A DNA stretch of 62,410 nt, the filler included, from Stramenopiles sp. TOSAG23-2 (lineage: Eukaryota), in assembly GCA_900128395.1 (NCBI GenBank). It is 6 parts of 6 records of this genome, joined end to end, with 100 filler letters (N's around TTAATTAATTAA, not from the genome) between each part and the next. Parts side by side here need not be neighbours in the genome. Positions count along the whole stretch, not along the records: positions 20,848 to 31,168 come from LT650030.1; positions 31,269 to 41,587 come from LT650031.1; 4 more parts are not named here. One strand, 5' to 3'. A program made the translations under genes and the position numbers. The notes under the pieces are model-generated. The model was not told the origin of the DNA. It saw only the letters and a list, made by a program, of their open reading frames with translations, and made no database searches. This document shows, piece after piece, positions 22,826 to 34,500 of this stretch; positions within the stretch are counted from its first letter, which is position 1; each line of letters starts with the position of its first letter.

Positions 22826-23599
22826 ATGGATGTGCCGAATAACAGAACTAATAATGATCAAAAAATTACATGTACATTCGAAGCTGGTCCATTAGGTTTA
22901 ATACTTCAAGAATATACGCAGAATAGTAAAGATAATAACAATGCTTACATTTTTGTAGAGAGTATTGTGCCAAATTCGCAAGCGAGTAAATTTGTTTCTT
23001 TGTCAGCTGGGAGTGTTTTAGAAAAAGTTGGTAATATATCGGTGGAAGGCAATTCTTTTAATGACTTGATCAACTTATTAAAAGAATGTAGCAGACCACT
23101 GAAATTAACATTTCGAAAAAAAGAGAAAGAAACCGAAAGCAAGAAGGAGGAAGAAACAATCGTGTCTGACAAATATATGTTTAATGCACAAAATGTTGTA
23201 AAACAAGCTGAAGATAAAATACACGAAGCTGGCGAAAAAATGGATCAAGCAAAAAAGAATTTGTTGCATGCAAATAATAAAATCATAAGATTAGCTGAAG
23301 TATCTAATAAAGAAGCAAAAAAGGAATTGTCTCGTGCGTATGAGGAAACAATTCCATATAAAGTTCATAATGCAGCAGATAAAGTCACAGAAAACTTAAA
23401 GGATTATTCCGATTTTGTTAGTGAAGTAGAACTATCAAAAATTGCAATAAATGTATCTGGAATAACACCAGAAGATTTAGAAGGCAGTTATTGGTCAGAT
23501 CCGGAGGAATTTGATAGTGCAGGGGAAAATTATGGAGGAAGTGATTTATCCAGTTACATATCTTCGAGTAGTGATGATGAAGATGAGGTGATGGATTGA
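22826..23599 (+). CDS. PDZ-domain protein with coiled coil and acidic tail
   Basis: FEAGPLGLIL...SQA...GSVLEKVGNISV...RPLKLTF. Confidence 0.75.
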   Translation: MDVPNNRTNNDQKITCTFEAGPLGLILQEYTQNSKDNNNAYIFVESIVPNSQASKFVSLSAGSVLEKVGNISVEGNSFNDLINLLKECSRPLKLTFRKKEKETESKKEEETIVSDKYMFNAQNVVKQAEDKIHEAGEKMDQAKKNLLHANNKIIRLAEVSNKEAKKELSRAYEETIPYKVHNAADKVTENLKDYSDFVSEVELSKIAINVSGITPEDLEGSYWSDPEEFDSAGENYGGSDLSSYISSSSDDEDEVMD

Positions 23600-23662
23600 T
23601 TTACGGCGTGCTTTTTGCTATGGTGTAGATGGTGATGGATTGATTTACGGCGTGCTTTTTGC
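23587..23662. repeat. 32-bp direct duplication spanning the PDZ gene stop codon
   Basis: GGTGATGGATTGATTTACGGCGTGCTTTTTGC at 23587 and 23631. Confidence 0.9.
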
Positions 23663-24551
23663 CTTTACCAGTTTACCTTAAAGTCTAATTAGCATAGGAA
23701 TAGTATGGTTCCGCCTAATTTTCCATATTTCTAATTTTCTATATTTTGTGGAATATAAATATCCTCAAAAGTAAAAAATACAAAATATAAAATACAATGA
23801 TATACAATTAGAATCACGAAAATTAAATAATATTAATTCTATGATAATTTATGCTCGTACTAAGTATATAGTTTTATGTACTTGCACCAACAACTTATTT
23901 TGGGGGGAAAATTATAATATAATATTTTTCAATATTGTGTCAATATTAAATAAATTCATATATAAAAAGCAAAGCAACCCTAAAATAAATATTTCCTATC
24001 AAAATTGATATTTAGTAAATTGTAAATCGGCGGTAAACATTCTTGATTCTTGAAAAGATAGTTGTTGCACACCAGACATCACCAAGGCTAAAAAGGCATA
24101 TTATGGATATACCATGCTACCGGCATGTACTGTGTACCAGGTGTACCATCTTGTTGATGTGAATGTGGTGGCACACACACATATTATTACCAGGTATTAT
24201 AAAACCATGTAGTTATATGTAGATATATACATGTAGAGTCTTCTACTGTATCACATATAACACATACAGTAATACAGTTACATTAAACATAACATTTTCA
24301 CATTACATTATTAAACATAAGTATTGACATCACAATTACTTAGTATCAGATAGATTCCACATTCTTTACCCGGAACAAAATTTTTATAAAGATATACCTT
24401 GACGTATATATATACATCATAAAGTTATATCGACTTTGAAAACAAATTCTTATATTAGTATATATTCATATATATTTATATATATCTATAGAAACATTTA
24501 GGAGAGTTTACACATATCATATAAGAGAAACGGAGCTGTAAACAAACAATT

Positions 24552-26852
24552 ATGGAAACATTAACAACGCAAACACTACGTACACCACCGCGTACAAAAA
24601 AAGCAAAACGTGAAAAAAAAGGTCGTAATAACCGCAACAATAGTACAAGGAAAGTAAAAAATAGTAATAGCAATCATAATAATAATAATAATAGTGCTGC
24701 AGCGGGTGGTAGTGCTAGTACGTCTTTATCATCGTCTACGCAACAATACAGCAAAAATGATAATATCCAAGGACCGATGGATGATGTCGCTGATGTTATG
24801 GACTTAGAGTATATGAATCAATGGGAAGGACAAAATGCAGCCGCAATTTTAGCTGAGCTGCCATTGTCACCTATGGTAACACCACAAAAGATAAGAAAAA
24901 CCCCAACTAGGCAAAAAAAAGGGGGTGCAGGTGGTGAGCAGTCACTGAAACATCAACGCTCACCATTGATACCAGATTCACCATTTTCAGCATTTGCAAC
25001 TACATTATCGCCGTTGATGACAATGCAACCAAGTGGTACTTCAGTACCGAATTCGTTGTCAAATACTCCAAATTGGGGAGTTGACATGGGTTCGCCGTTT
25101 TCTGGCGATATGGATAGTCTTATGTTGCCAGGTGGTCAGTTGAATATGCCAGGGTTTATTTCACCACCACAACAACCTAATAGTAATTTAAACATACAAC
25201 AATTAAATAGTAAAAATGGTTTATTAAAAGGAAGTACGAAGAAAAACACGTTTGTCCAACGCTTGGACTTCCAAACAGAAGGTAGAAGGATGAGATTTAA
25301 AATTATGCCAGGCGCTGGTATATCACAAGGCTTGTTTCCGATGGATACAATGGACATGCCAGGTGTTGGGCAATTTAATCCGGTCTCACCATCAACATCT
25401 CCAAGAACTTGGAGTCAACGCGGGAATATATTTGATCCCAATAATTTATTTGGTGCTACAGGGAATTTGGATGATCATTTAGCAAACATTGGCCGTACAA
25501 CTCCAATTACACCACGTACGCAAAATGCAAGCCTTGCGTTGAGCGGCATGAAAGGTTTTAAATCAACGCCATCAGGGAAAAAACGTGGGAAAAAGTCTCC
25601 TGGCAATAAATCCAAAGGTAAAATGTCAGCTCCAAGAAAAGGTAAAGGTGGATACAAAGCAGCGAAGGCTGGAGGTAAACGTAAACGTAACGCAGCAGGT
25701 AATGGGGCAGACTCTTTCCGTTCCCCAATACCGCGCACAGGTAGCTCTAGTGGTTCTCGAATAAGCGCAGCAGCTAGACAAAGGGCACAAGCATTGATGG
25801 CAGCGATGGAACCAATGGCATCTTACAGTGGGGGCGAAGATAGGGAACCATGTAATTGTAAGAAGAGCAAATGCTTGAAATTATATTGTGTCTGCTTTGC
25901 CGCTGGTATTTATTGCAACGGGTGCAATTGTAACATTTGTGAGAATAACAAGGATCATGAAAGCTCGCGACGGGCTGCCGTTCAGGCTACGTTAGAAAGA
26001 AATGCGAATGCATTTAAACCTAAGATCAATAATGTTGATGCCAGTTTGGACTCAAATGATGAGGATGCGTCACATACAACTGGTTGCCATTGCAAACGTA
26101 GTCATTGTTTGAAAAAATATTGTGAATGTTTTCAAGCGAATATTTTCTGTGGGCATAATTGCAAGTGCGAGAATTGCCAAAATTTTGAAGGAAGTCCAAT
26201 GTTGCAAAAGCTAGTTGGAACGAAGAAAGTAGGTGCTATTGGTCCTCGTGGTTTACAAACCAGAACGGTACCTTTAAGATCTGTGAAGCCTGGCCAATCC
26301 ATGCAATTTTTAAGAAATGCTTTGCTTTCCCAAAAGAAAGTTAAACGCTCTACGCCATCCACACCGTCGTTAAAAGCAAAGAACAAAATGACAGGATCAA
26401 CAGGCAAAACAACCGCAAGCAGTACCACAACAATAACATTAGGCGGTAATAATAGTAATCATAATCTCAATAGTAATAAAAAGAGAGGCAGTTCAGCAAG
26501 TCTTTTGACTGCAACAGACACGCAAAAAAGGAGCAGCCTTTACAACGCCAATGGAAGCGGTAATTCATATAAAAAAAGCCGTACAAAACCACCAGTTCAA
26601 TTTAAAACGGAAGCAACTCCAAAAACTGGTAATATTCCACCAAGGCCTACAAGGCGTTTTAACACTGAAGAAGAAAGTGACAATAGTAAAACGAAACTGT
26701 TTGGAAAACAAAAACCTGCTATACACAAGAAAGTTGTTTTTAACATTTTCTCGTATTTAGATAACGATGATTTATTAGAAGCGAGCCTTGTTTCAAAACA
26801 TTTTTCTGATCGCGCCTTAGATGAAGAAGTATGGCATTTGTCAACAAACTAA
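24552..26852 (+). CDS. Tesmin/LIN54-like CXC-hinge-CXC DNA-binding protein with C-terminal F-box-like motif
   Basis: CNCKKSKCLKLYCVCFA...RNANAFKPK...GCHCKRSHCLKKYCECFQ; tail VFNIFSYLDNDDLLEASLVSKHF...VW. Confidence 0.9.
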   Translation: METLTTQTLRTPPRTKKAKREKKGRNNRNNSTRKVKNSNSNHNNNNNSAAAGGSASTSLSSSTQQYSKNDNIQGPMDDVADVMDLEYMNQWEGQNAAAILAELPLSPMVTPQKIRKTPTRQKKGGAGGEQSLKHQRSPLIPDSPFSAFATTLSPLMTMQPSGTSVPNSLSNTPNWGVDMGSPFSGDMDSLMLPGGQLNMPGFISPPQQPNSNLNIQQLNSKNGLLKGSTKKNTFVQRLDFQTEGRRMRFKIMPGAGISQGLFPMDTMDMPGVGQFNPVSPSTSPRTWSQRGNIFDPNNLFGATGNLDDHLANIGRTTPITPRTQNASLALSGMKGFKSTPSGKKRGKKSPGNKSKGKMSAPRKGKGGYKAAKAGGKRKRNAAGNGADSFRSPIPRTGSSSGSRISAAARQRAQALMAAMEPMASYSGGEDREPCNCKKSKCLKLYCVCFAAGIYCNGCNCNICENNKDHESSRRAAVQATLERNANAFKPKINNVDASLDSNDEDASHTTGCHCKRSHCLKKYCECFQANIFCGHNCKCENCQNFEGSPMLQKLVGTKKVGAIGPRGLQTRTVPLRSVKPGQSMQFLRNALLSQKKVKRSTPSTPSLKAKNKMTGSTGKTTASSTTTITLGGNNSNHNLNSNKKRGSSASLLTATDTQKRSSLYNANGSGNSYKKSRTKPPVQFKTEATPKTGNIPPRPTRRFNTEEESDNSKTKLFGKQKPAIHKKVVFNIFSYLDNDDLLEASLVSKHFSDRALDEEVWHLSTN

Positions 26853-27141
26853 AATGAAAAATTAGATCGTCTTATCATAATTTCTTTATCTAATTGTGGT
26901 TAAATAGAAAAAAATTGTAAAAATATTATTTTTACTCCGCCTTCATAATATATTTTAGAGAAAGTAGATATATGTTGTATACACAGAAAGTGGTGAAACA
27001 ATATATATATAAGAAAGAATGCTGCTGTACTTGCTAAATGAATATACGTAATATATGTCATACGTTCGTATAAATATAATTATTTATTTTTATATATGAC
27101 CCGATTTATCTGAGAGAGGACTTCCAGGTGTCAAATAAAAT

Positions 27142-27202
27142 TTTATTATACTAATAAGTACAAATTACATATATTTTACTATCAAACCTCGTGCATTATA
27201 AT
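27142..27202. repeat. 61-bp direct repeat, copy 1 (copy 2 at 29073-29133)
   Basis: 57 of 61 positions identical; all four differences are T/C. Confidence 0.9.
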
Positions 27203-27360
27203 TCTTAGATCTCCCTAAATTAAAATAAATTTATTTTAAAACTTCATATATGATATAAATTATCAATACATTTTAATATTATAAAACCAACAAATTTTAT
27301 AAATTTTTATAATATGTTATTATTGCTTTTCTAAATATATCCTACACATACACCAATAAA

Positions 27361-28714
27361 TTACAAGTCATAATTAAAAGTATCAAAAGAATCACCCCAC
27401 ATTGATTTTATTAACTTCTTCTGTTCATCTGTTAAATTCCTACTTTTTGTGCTTTTCTTGTAACCTTTTAAGGAATCAAGATATTCAACAACACGTTGTT
27501 TCATACCTGATTCGACAAAATCATCCCAATGAAAATGCGAATAAATATCTGTAAGCTTCTTCAATGGATTTTTGTTTAATTCATCAAAAGAAAGTTCAAA
27601 TAAATTTTCTTTTGGTATTAGTTTACGATCACGAACGTAATTTTTATATAATGTTTGATATTGCCAAATTATGAAATCAATCACCTCCTCATTTGTTGGT
27701 GTATTTAAATAACTATACCAATATGCGGTATCAGCCATCCTAGCAGCAGAGAGGAATACATCGTATGGGTTCCGGTGTATATATATGAATTTTGCATTTG
27801 GAAATAATTGATACAATAATTTTACGCGTCCAGTATGTACTGGTGATTTAATCAACAATGGTTTAGATTTTGCAGTTCCATCCCACGTATTTGTGTATCT
27901 TAATGTTACTTTTTTCATCAGAAACAAGAAGGATTCCAACCATAGCTTTTGCTCTTGCTTTGTACCACCATTTTCAAAATTAATGTAATTGCGATATTCT
28001 TTTTCATTTTTCATAAATACAATTGGCTGATAGTAACTGGTACCCTTTGACAAAACATTGACTCCTAGCTCATCTTCTTGTGGGGAGTCCTTTAATGCGT
28101 GATGCAATATAGGAGAAAGAGGGAGTGTTATGTTAGAAAAAATTCTCCATAAGAGGTTTCGGGAAAGAGAATTTACATACCAACGTCAACGCCATATTAT
28201 CCATTGGGCGTTTATTATCAACAACATTCTTCAGATATACTTTGAAACGTTCTAATAGCAAAAATCCAGAAGGAAAACCTGCTTGAAACGTGTTTGTATA
28301 AGCAAATTTTGAATCTAACGATAGGAGATTAAATAAATGTGTTGTGCCAGTTCTTGGATGACCTAAAATAAACACGGGCCTATCATTTAACTCTTGACGT
28401 TGAATAGCTTTACCATAGATAAAATGTTCTATGCTTGAAACAAATGAGTTATTAATAGACATAATTGTAATAAACAAAAGCCTCGGCCAATATGTGGCAA
28501 ATTCAATATCGTATTTTCTACGCCAAAGTACAGATAACCATGCAAATAATGTTATTCCAGATAAAATATTATTTTTTGTTTCCATTTGGAATTTAGGTGT
28601 AAAATTGTAAATTGAAGCTGATCTATCCTCAGGTTGTTTTTTCTTAAAAATAACAATAGATATTATTGTTGTTACAACAAGTGTTGCAATAATATATCCA
28701 TATTGAAGTTCCAT
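27361..28714 (-). CDS. Sulfotransferase (P-loop, Sulfotransfer_3-like) with N-terminal TM anchor. Exons 28714-28181 and 28089-27361.
   Basis: PVFILGHPRTGTTHL, KSPVHTGR, FIYIHRNPY. A 91-bp intron (GTATGT...CTAAC...AAG) joins RPMDNMALTL to DSPQEDE in frame. Confidence 0.88.
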
Positions 28715-28904
28715 GGTATATCAAATGTTCGTGCTGCGATTAAATGATGAAATATTATGAACAAATACTATTTGCTCCCTTGTTGTTTGTTACAGTATAT
28801 ATTCTTGCTCTTCATACCAACAGTTAGCCTGGTTAGGTATTTATTATTAATTAAATAAAATTTAAAAAATATTATATTTATTATCGGGATGAGTATGCGG
28901 TATG

Positions 28905-29280
28905 CACGTATGCTGGTACAGTATGCTGGCCTTAGCTGGCTGGCTGGCTTTTACAGTTGTTGTCGAGCTCGCCCAAGCTGGGCAAGCCTGGCAAGCCTGG
29001 CAAGCCAGCATTTGAAATATTATAGTGTGCATAAATGATTTTATCTTTTAAAATCGGCATATTATATATATATTTATTATACTAACAAGTACAAATCACA
29101 CATATTTTACTATCAAACCTCGTGCACTATAATGCCAAATGCTCTAATGCCTTGATTCTACGGGCAAGCCTGGCAAGCCTGGCAAGCCAGCAAGCCCAGC
29201 AAGCCCGCAAGCTATTACAGTATAATATTAATGTTTTATAACACAGTATTATGGGCTAGCCCAGTAATTAGCCAGCTTGG
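28905..29280. repeat. Short-period GC-richer microrepeats in a divergent intergenic region
   Basis: GGCAAGCCT and GCAAGCCC arrays at ~28980 and ~29162; GCTGGCTGGCT. Confidence 0.7.
29073..29133. repeat. 61-bp direct repeat, copy 2
   Basis: Matches 27142-27202. Confidence 0.9.
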
Positions 29281-29411
29281 CATACTACTATATATATCTA
29301 TAGATAGTCCAACCTTAAATAAATAATAATAACTGAAATAACTATATAATATTCATATTATTAGTTTTATAATAATGTGCTATAACCACATTATTAATGT
29401 GTGATGAAGAG

Positions 29412-29673
29412 AGAGAACAATATATTTGATATATATATATATATATATCAAATATATTGTCATCATTATGTCAAAAGTACAACATCTTAAATATAATATA
29501 TTAGAAAAAAATCTAACGTCGTCAGACGGTAGTGTTGATAAGAGAACAATATATTTGATATATATATATATATATATATATCAAATATATTGTCATCATT
29601 ATGTCAAAAGTACAACATCTTAAATATAATATATTAGAAAAAAATCTAACGTCGTCAGACGGTAGTGTTGATA
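29412..29673. repeat. ~130-bp tandem duplication spanning the aldolase start codon
   Basis: Leader plus the first ~24 codons occur twice; copies differ in (AT)n length. Confidence 0.9.
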
Positions 29674-30503
29674 CATCCGCTGCAAAATTAAAAGCAGAAG
29701 CCGCTGCATCTGGCAGAAGCGAGATAGAAGCAAAAAATCCATTGTTGTTCTCAAAAACCCCAACAACAGAATGGGAATGCAGAGTCCAGTTAGCAGCTGC
29801 ATATCGATTGGCAGATATGTATGGATGGACAGAAGGAATAGGAAATCATTTCACTTGTCGTGTTCCTGAAAATCCAGATCATTTTCTAATAAACAGATTT
29901 GGTGAAGGCTTTGGCGAAGTAACTGCAAGCAGTCTTGTAAAAATTGACCACGAAGGTAATATTGTTGACGAAAATCATACGGACGCTGCCATCAATCTCG
30001 CTGGGTTTGTAATTCATAGCTGCGTTCATCATGCAAGGGATGATTGCTTTGCTGTTTTTCATACGCATGAAACAAATGTTACCGCTGTTTCAAATATGAA
30101 GTGTGGTCTGTTGCCTCTAAACCAGACTGCACTTTTAAATGGCCAAATAGCATATCATGATTATGAAGGTGTGGCGGTCAATGACACAGAGCGTGTTACA
30201 TTAGGAAAAGATTTGGCTGATAAATCTATTATGATCTTAAGAAATCATGGCGTATTAACGACTGGTTCATCCATTGCGGAAGGATTTACTCGTTTGTTTT
30301 ATGTGACAAAAGCTGCAGAAATACAAGTTAAAACAATGGGCGTACATCAAAATACTGAACATATGATTTTTCCACGGACACAAGTACAAAAGTTAGTAAA
30401 GGAGGAACAAGGTTTCGATGGAGGTGCAACAGCATTATCGGAAGCAACATTTCAAATGTGGATGAGGAAATTGGACCGATTTAATCCTGGTTACGATAAA
30501 TAA
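29601..30503 (+). CDS. Class II aldolase/adducin family protein
   Basis: RVQLAAAYRL, NHFTCRVP, EVTASSLVKID, GFVIHSCVH, HTH, ILRNHGVLT. Confidence 0.92.
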   Translation: MSKVQHLKYNILEKNLTSSDGSVDTSAAKLKAEAAASGRSEIEAKNPLLFSKTPTTEWECRVQLAAAYRLADMYGWTEGIGNHFTCRVPENPDHFLINRFGEGFGEVTASSLVKIDHEGNIVDENHTDAAINLAGFVIHSCVHHARDDCFAVFHTHETNVTAVSNMKCGLLPLNQTALLNGQIAYHDYEGVAVNDTERVTLGKDLADKSIMILRNHGVLTTGSSIAEGFTRLFYVTKAAEIQVKTMGVHQNTEHMIFPRTQVQKLVKEEQGFDGGATALSEATFQMWMRKLDRFNPGYDK

Positions 30504-30769
30504 ATGAAACAGGAAGTATTAATTTGAGTAATATTTAATGTACGATGCGTATGAATAATAGAATAATATGCATTAAATATGATATTCAATTATTAGGGGA
30601 CTTTTCTGGCCCTATATTGATAAATAAAACATATTATACACAGCAGGTACAACTACTCCGTACTCAACCAAAAAACACGTAAATATGATGGGAATGTGTG
30701 AAAATGTAACAAATTGTAATTTATTTGTGTGATGGATTACTTAATTAGATGTACAACTTCACCATTGTA

Positions 30770-31168
30770 TCATTTCACTTGTCTATATTCGCCTCCTTTT
30801 GCCTTAGCTTCTTCAGCCCTTACTTTAGCGGCTTCTTCTACTTTTGCCTCAGCTTCTTCTCTCGCTTCGCGCAACTTCTCGTGCTTCTGCTTTTGCTTTA
30901 GCTTCTTGTGCTTGCTGTTGTGCAGCTTCTCGTGCTTCTTCTGCTTTTGCTTTAGCAGCTTCTTCTGCTTTTGCTTTAGCTTCTTCTGCTTGCTGTTTAG
31001 CAGCTTCCCGTGCTTCTTCTGCTTTTGCTTTAGCTTCTTCTGCTTGCTGTTGTGCAGCTTCTCGTGCTTCTTCTGCTTTTGCTTTAGCTTCTTCTGCTTG
31101 CTGTTGTGCAGCCTCTTCTGCTTTTGCTTTAGCAGCTTCTTCTGCTTTTGCTTTAGCTTCTTCTGCTT
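30770..31168 (-). CDS. 3' fragment of an Ala/Glu/Lys-rich repetitive coiled-coil protein; frameshift near 30868
   Basis: Minus strand reads AEEAKAKAEEAREAAQQQ repeats. The upstream frame stops at 30849-30851 while the same repeat continues in another frame to TGA at 30770-30772. Confidence 0.65.
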   Translation of the reverse strand, partial: KQKKLKQKQKKLLKQKQKRLHNSKQKKLKQKQKKHEKLHNSKQKKLKQKQKKHGKLLNSKQKKLKQKQKKLLKQKQKKHEKLHNSKHKKLKQKQKHEKLREAREEAEAKVEEAAKVRAEEAKAKGGEYRQVK

Positions 31169-31268
31169 NNNNNNNNNNNNNNNNNNNNNNNNNNNNNNNN
31201 NNNNNNNNNNNNTTAATTAATTAANNNNNNNNNNNNNNNNNNNNNNNNNNNNNNNNNNNNNNNNNNNN
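31169..31268. other. Artificial contig linker
   Basis: 44N-TTAATTAATTAA-44N. Confidence 0.99.
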
Positions 31269-31515
31269 ATGTTATGTTATGTCTGTTGCGATTTATAATT
31301 ATACAACATTCTATATCTTCTTCTTCATTCTTTGTTGTCATTACAAAATATAAGATCATTTTACATATACATATAAATATAGATATTAAACGAAATAAAT
31401 AAATAGCCAATAAAAACAAGGTGCAAATAATTATTATTACCACTATTTAGATATATATAATATATATTCATTAAATACTAATTAGTACTATATAAATAAA
31501 AGTTTAATATAAATA

Positions 31516-34500
31516 ATGGCATCAAATCTTGCACAAGTTGTAGGAACATTATTAGATTCTGCTATAGATGAAGATGAAGCTGTAGAGGAAAGTGTAAAAC
31601 AAGCATTATGTGAAATAGGAAGCGCTAGGCCACAAGCCGTATTAAGTGCATCGTTAAAATACATTGAAGCTACTCCAAACATAAAGACACACCATAGAGT
31701 GCAAATATTAAAAGCTATACAAGGTGTTATTGAACTTGGTCATAGTAACCTTGATATGGGACAAACTGGTCGTTTATCGACATTTGCGTGTGAGGAAGTA
31801 TTAAAAGGTTCCAAAGTAGAACCATGGGAATCCGCGGCGTGTAACATATTGGTTGCATTATCCCAAGCCAATAGTTCCTCCGTCATGGAAGATTTGACTG
31901 GGAGAGTATCATCAGGCGAAGTACCACATGGTGGAATTATATTAGCTTTAACTGAAATTGCGCGAAATAATCAAAAAGTATTTGTACCATATTTCACTAA
32001 AATATTATCACGTTTGTTGCCAAATTTTGGTGCCATGCAAAAACCCAACTTGCAATATCGAGTAGCTTCAGCGTTGAACCATTTTAGTGATGCTGTAATG
32101 TACGAAGAAATACAGCAAGGTGGTGCGCAAGCAAATTCATTTGCAAGTCGCTCTGCGACGGTTGCAAGTGCATTAAATGCTTTAGCATCTACATGGATGA
32201 TCCAATCGCGTGATGCGCTTGTACGTGGATCTAGTGCTGAAGCTGTTGGTTCTATGTCAAGAATGGTAGATGATGAGCAACTGGATCAATCCTTCGCATT
32301 TGTTATAGGTCATATCGTATCGCTTTTGAAGCGGGAACGAAGTGATAGCGAAGCAAGGCTAGGTTTAACTCGTGGCCTGGTCTTGTTATTAACACGTGCG
32401 AAAACAATGGCTGAGTCTCATTTAGCAGAATTGCTTGAGGTTTTGCATCCATTAGCTTGCAATCCAATTGATTATACAATACCGTTGACAAATCGTGTGC
32501 GTACAGAGCTGTTGCGCAGTATTGAGGCACTGACATCTACATTTCCAGCAAAAGTAATCCAATTCTTAGTGACGACGTTAGATGTTCCAAAACCATCGTT
32601 ACAAGTTGGTACTTGTGTTATTTTAAAACATTTAGTGAATGCTTCTACGAAAGAAATAACAGATGCTGGGATGAGAGAACACTTAATATCAGGTGTTCTT
32701 AAATTGTTAAGTGAAAAAGATTTGGAAGTACGCGGTGCATTTGCACAATTAATTGTTGCTATGGGAAAAGCAGGTTTTTTAACAATGGGTGGAGGACGCG
32801 AATTAGTTCTCTTTGTCGTCAAACAATGTGCAATTGGAAAGGATGAGATAATAGAATGGGAAAATAATCAAAAAGGATGGTTCTCTAAAGGTGGTTCAGG
32901 GACATCCCCAGCTCAATTGCGGGCAGGGTGCGAACGTTTTGTAGATGCACTTGGTCAGTGCGCTCAAAAAGCCGTATGGCCATTACTCTTCACAGTTCTA
33001 GTGCCAGGGGAGTACAAAGCTTCTTTAACACCAGTTACAAAATGTTTGTGTCAAGTTGCTAGAAATTCAAATACAGATACATTAAAAAATTTGATGATAA
33101 ACTCCGATGTGCCGAAAACTTCTGAGATATTTGCAAGGTTAATAGTGTTGTCATCTTGCATTATCGCAAAGGATCATATGGTAGATGAACAACCATGTTC
33201 AAAGGCCGATTTAAACCGGTTTAAAGAACAAGGATGGAATTCGCTAGATTTGTTAAGTGCGATTGGCCCTATATTTGATAAGAATATCAAAGAATCGTGG
33301 TCACAACATGGAACAATAAAGCGTTTAGAAGAAATTTACAAACGTTCTTCTTCCTCTTTAAATAGTAATAATGATGAAAAAAAGGTGGTAACCGATTTTT
33401 TTTCATATGACTCAGTCGAGGAAGTTTTCTCCTCCTCAAAGTACAACCCTGTTGCATTGTTGATGTCATCGTTCCATAAAGTGCCAGGAAATTGGCTAGC
33501 GGATGTTGGCGATGCATTGATTAGTCATATAGATAGCGGAATGTATAATAACGATCGAATATTGAAAGCATCTGCATATGTATGCCTAGGTACGTTAATC
33601 TCAGCCATGACTGGTGCAGAGAGGCCACGAAAGTGGATTGTAGAAATGCTGAAATCAGTAAATCATTTTGACACCATGGAGCGAAATGGTTTAGCAATTG
33701 GTTTGGGTTTAGCATGTGGAAGGCAAGGTTCGCATTTAGATATGGTTTTGCAAGCAATAGCTGGCGTTATTCGTGACGATACAGTTGTGAAATCTTCTGG
33801 TTGGTTTGGTGGTGGAAGTGAACGAAGCGAGGATGAATGTGATGCCATAAAAGGAACCATGTTACTGGCATTGGGTTATTGTACCACATTTGCGCCTCTA
33901 GAAACTTTGAGTTCACGTGTTGAAGCACATGTTGCTAGTCATTTTCAAGCTGCTTTGGAAAAATTGCCTTTGAACAAAATCGATTTACGCGATTGTTTAT
34001 TACGTGGATTAATTGAAATCAGCTGTGCTATAGGGAAGAAAGGATCTAATTTACAACTTTCTATGCGGGATTATTTCTTAAGCACAATATCCACATGGGT
34101 TTCGGAATTGTTAAGTAAGAAAAAGGTTGATATTGAACCGTCAAGTGCAACTTGTAGCCTTGTGCTTGAGGCATGTGCTGGCTTAGTTGCGGTCGTCCCT
34201 AAACCTGAAAATACTGTTATTGCGAATATTCTAAGCAATGTATTAATTATAGTGCAAAGTTCTTTTGAGGATGATAAGACAGATGTTATCCAACCATTAT
34301 CAATGTTTTTTCAAGCTTGTGTTTCGGTATCCGCGTCAAGCGATGTACTAGAACTATTATGTTTCAGCTACCCAGGTGGTGAGGATGATGAAACGAAAGA
34401 GGATTCCCTATTTGCGTGGACCGACTCAGAAACTGCGTTTCAAAGATATCGCGCAGTACAAGTTATATGTGAAACATTGGAAACTTATTTAAGGCATAAT

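Noticed and set aside
30729-31224. Plus-strand Cys/Phe-rich ORFs (FCFCFS, CCCAAS)
   Set aside because: Antisense shadows of the minus-strand AEEAKAK repeat protein.
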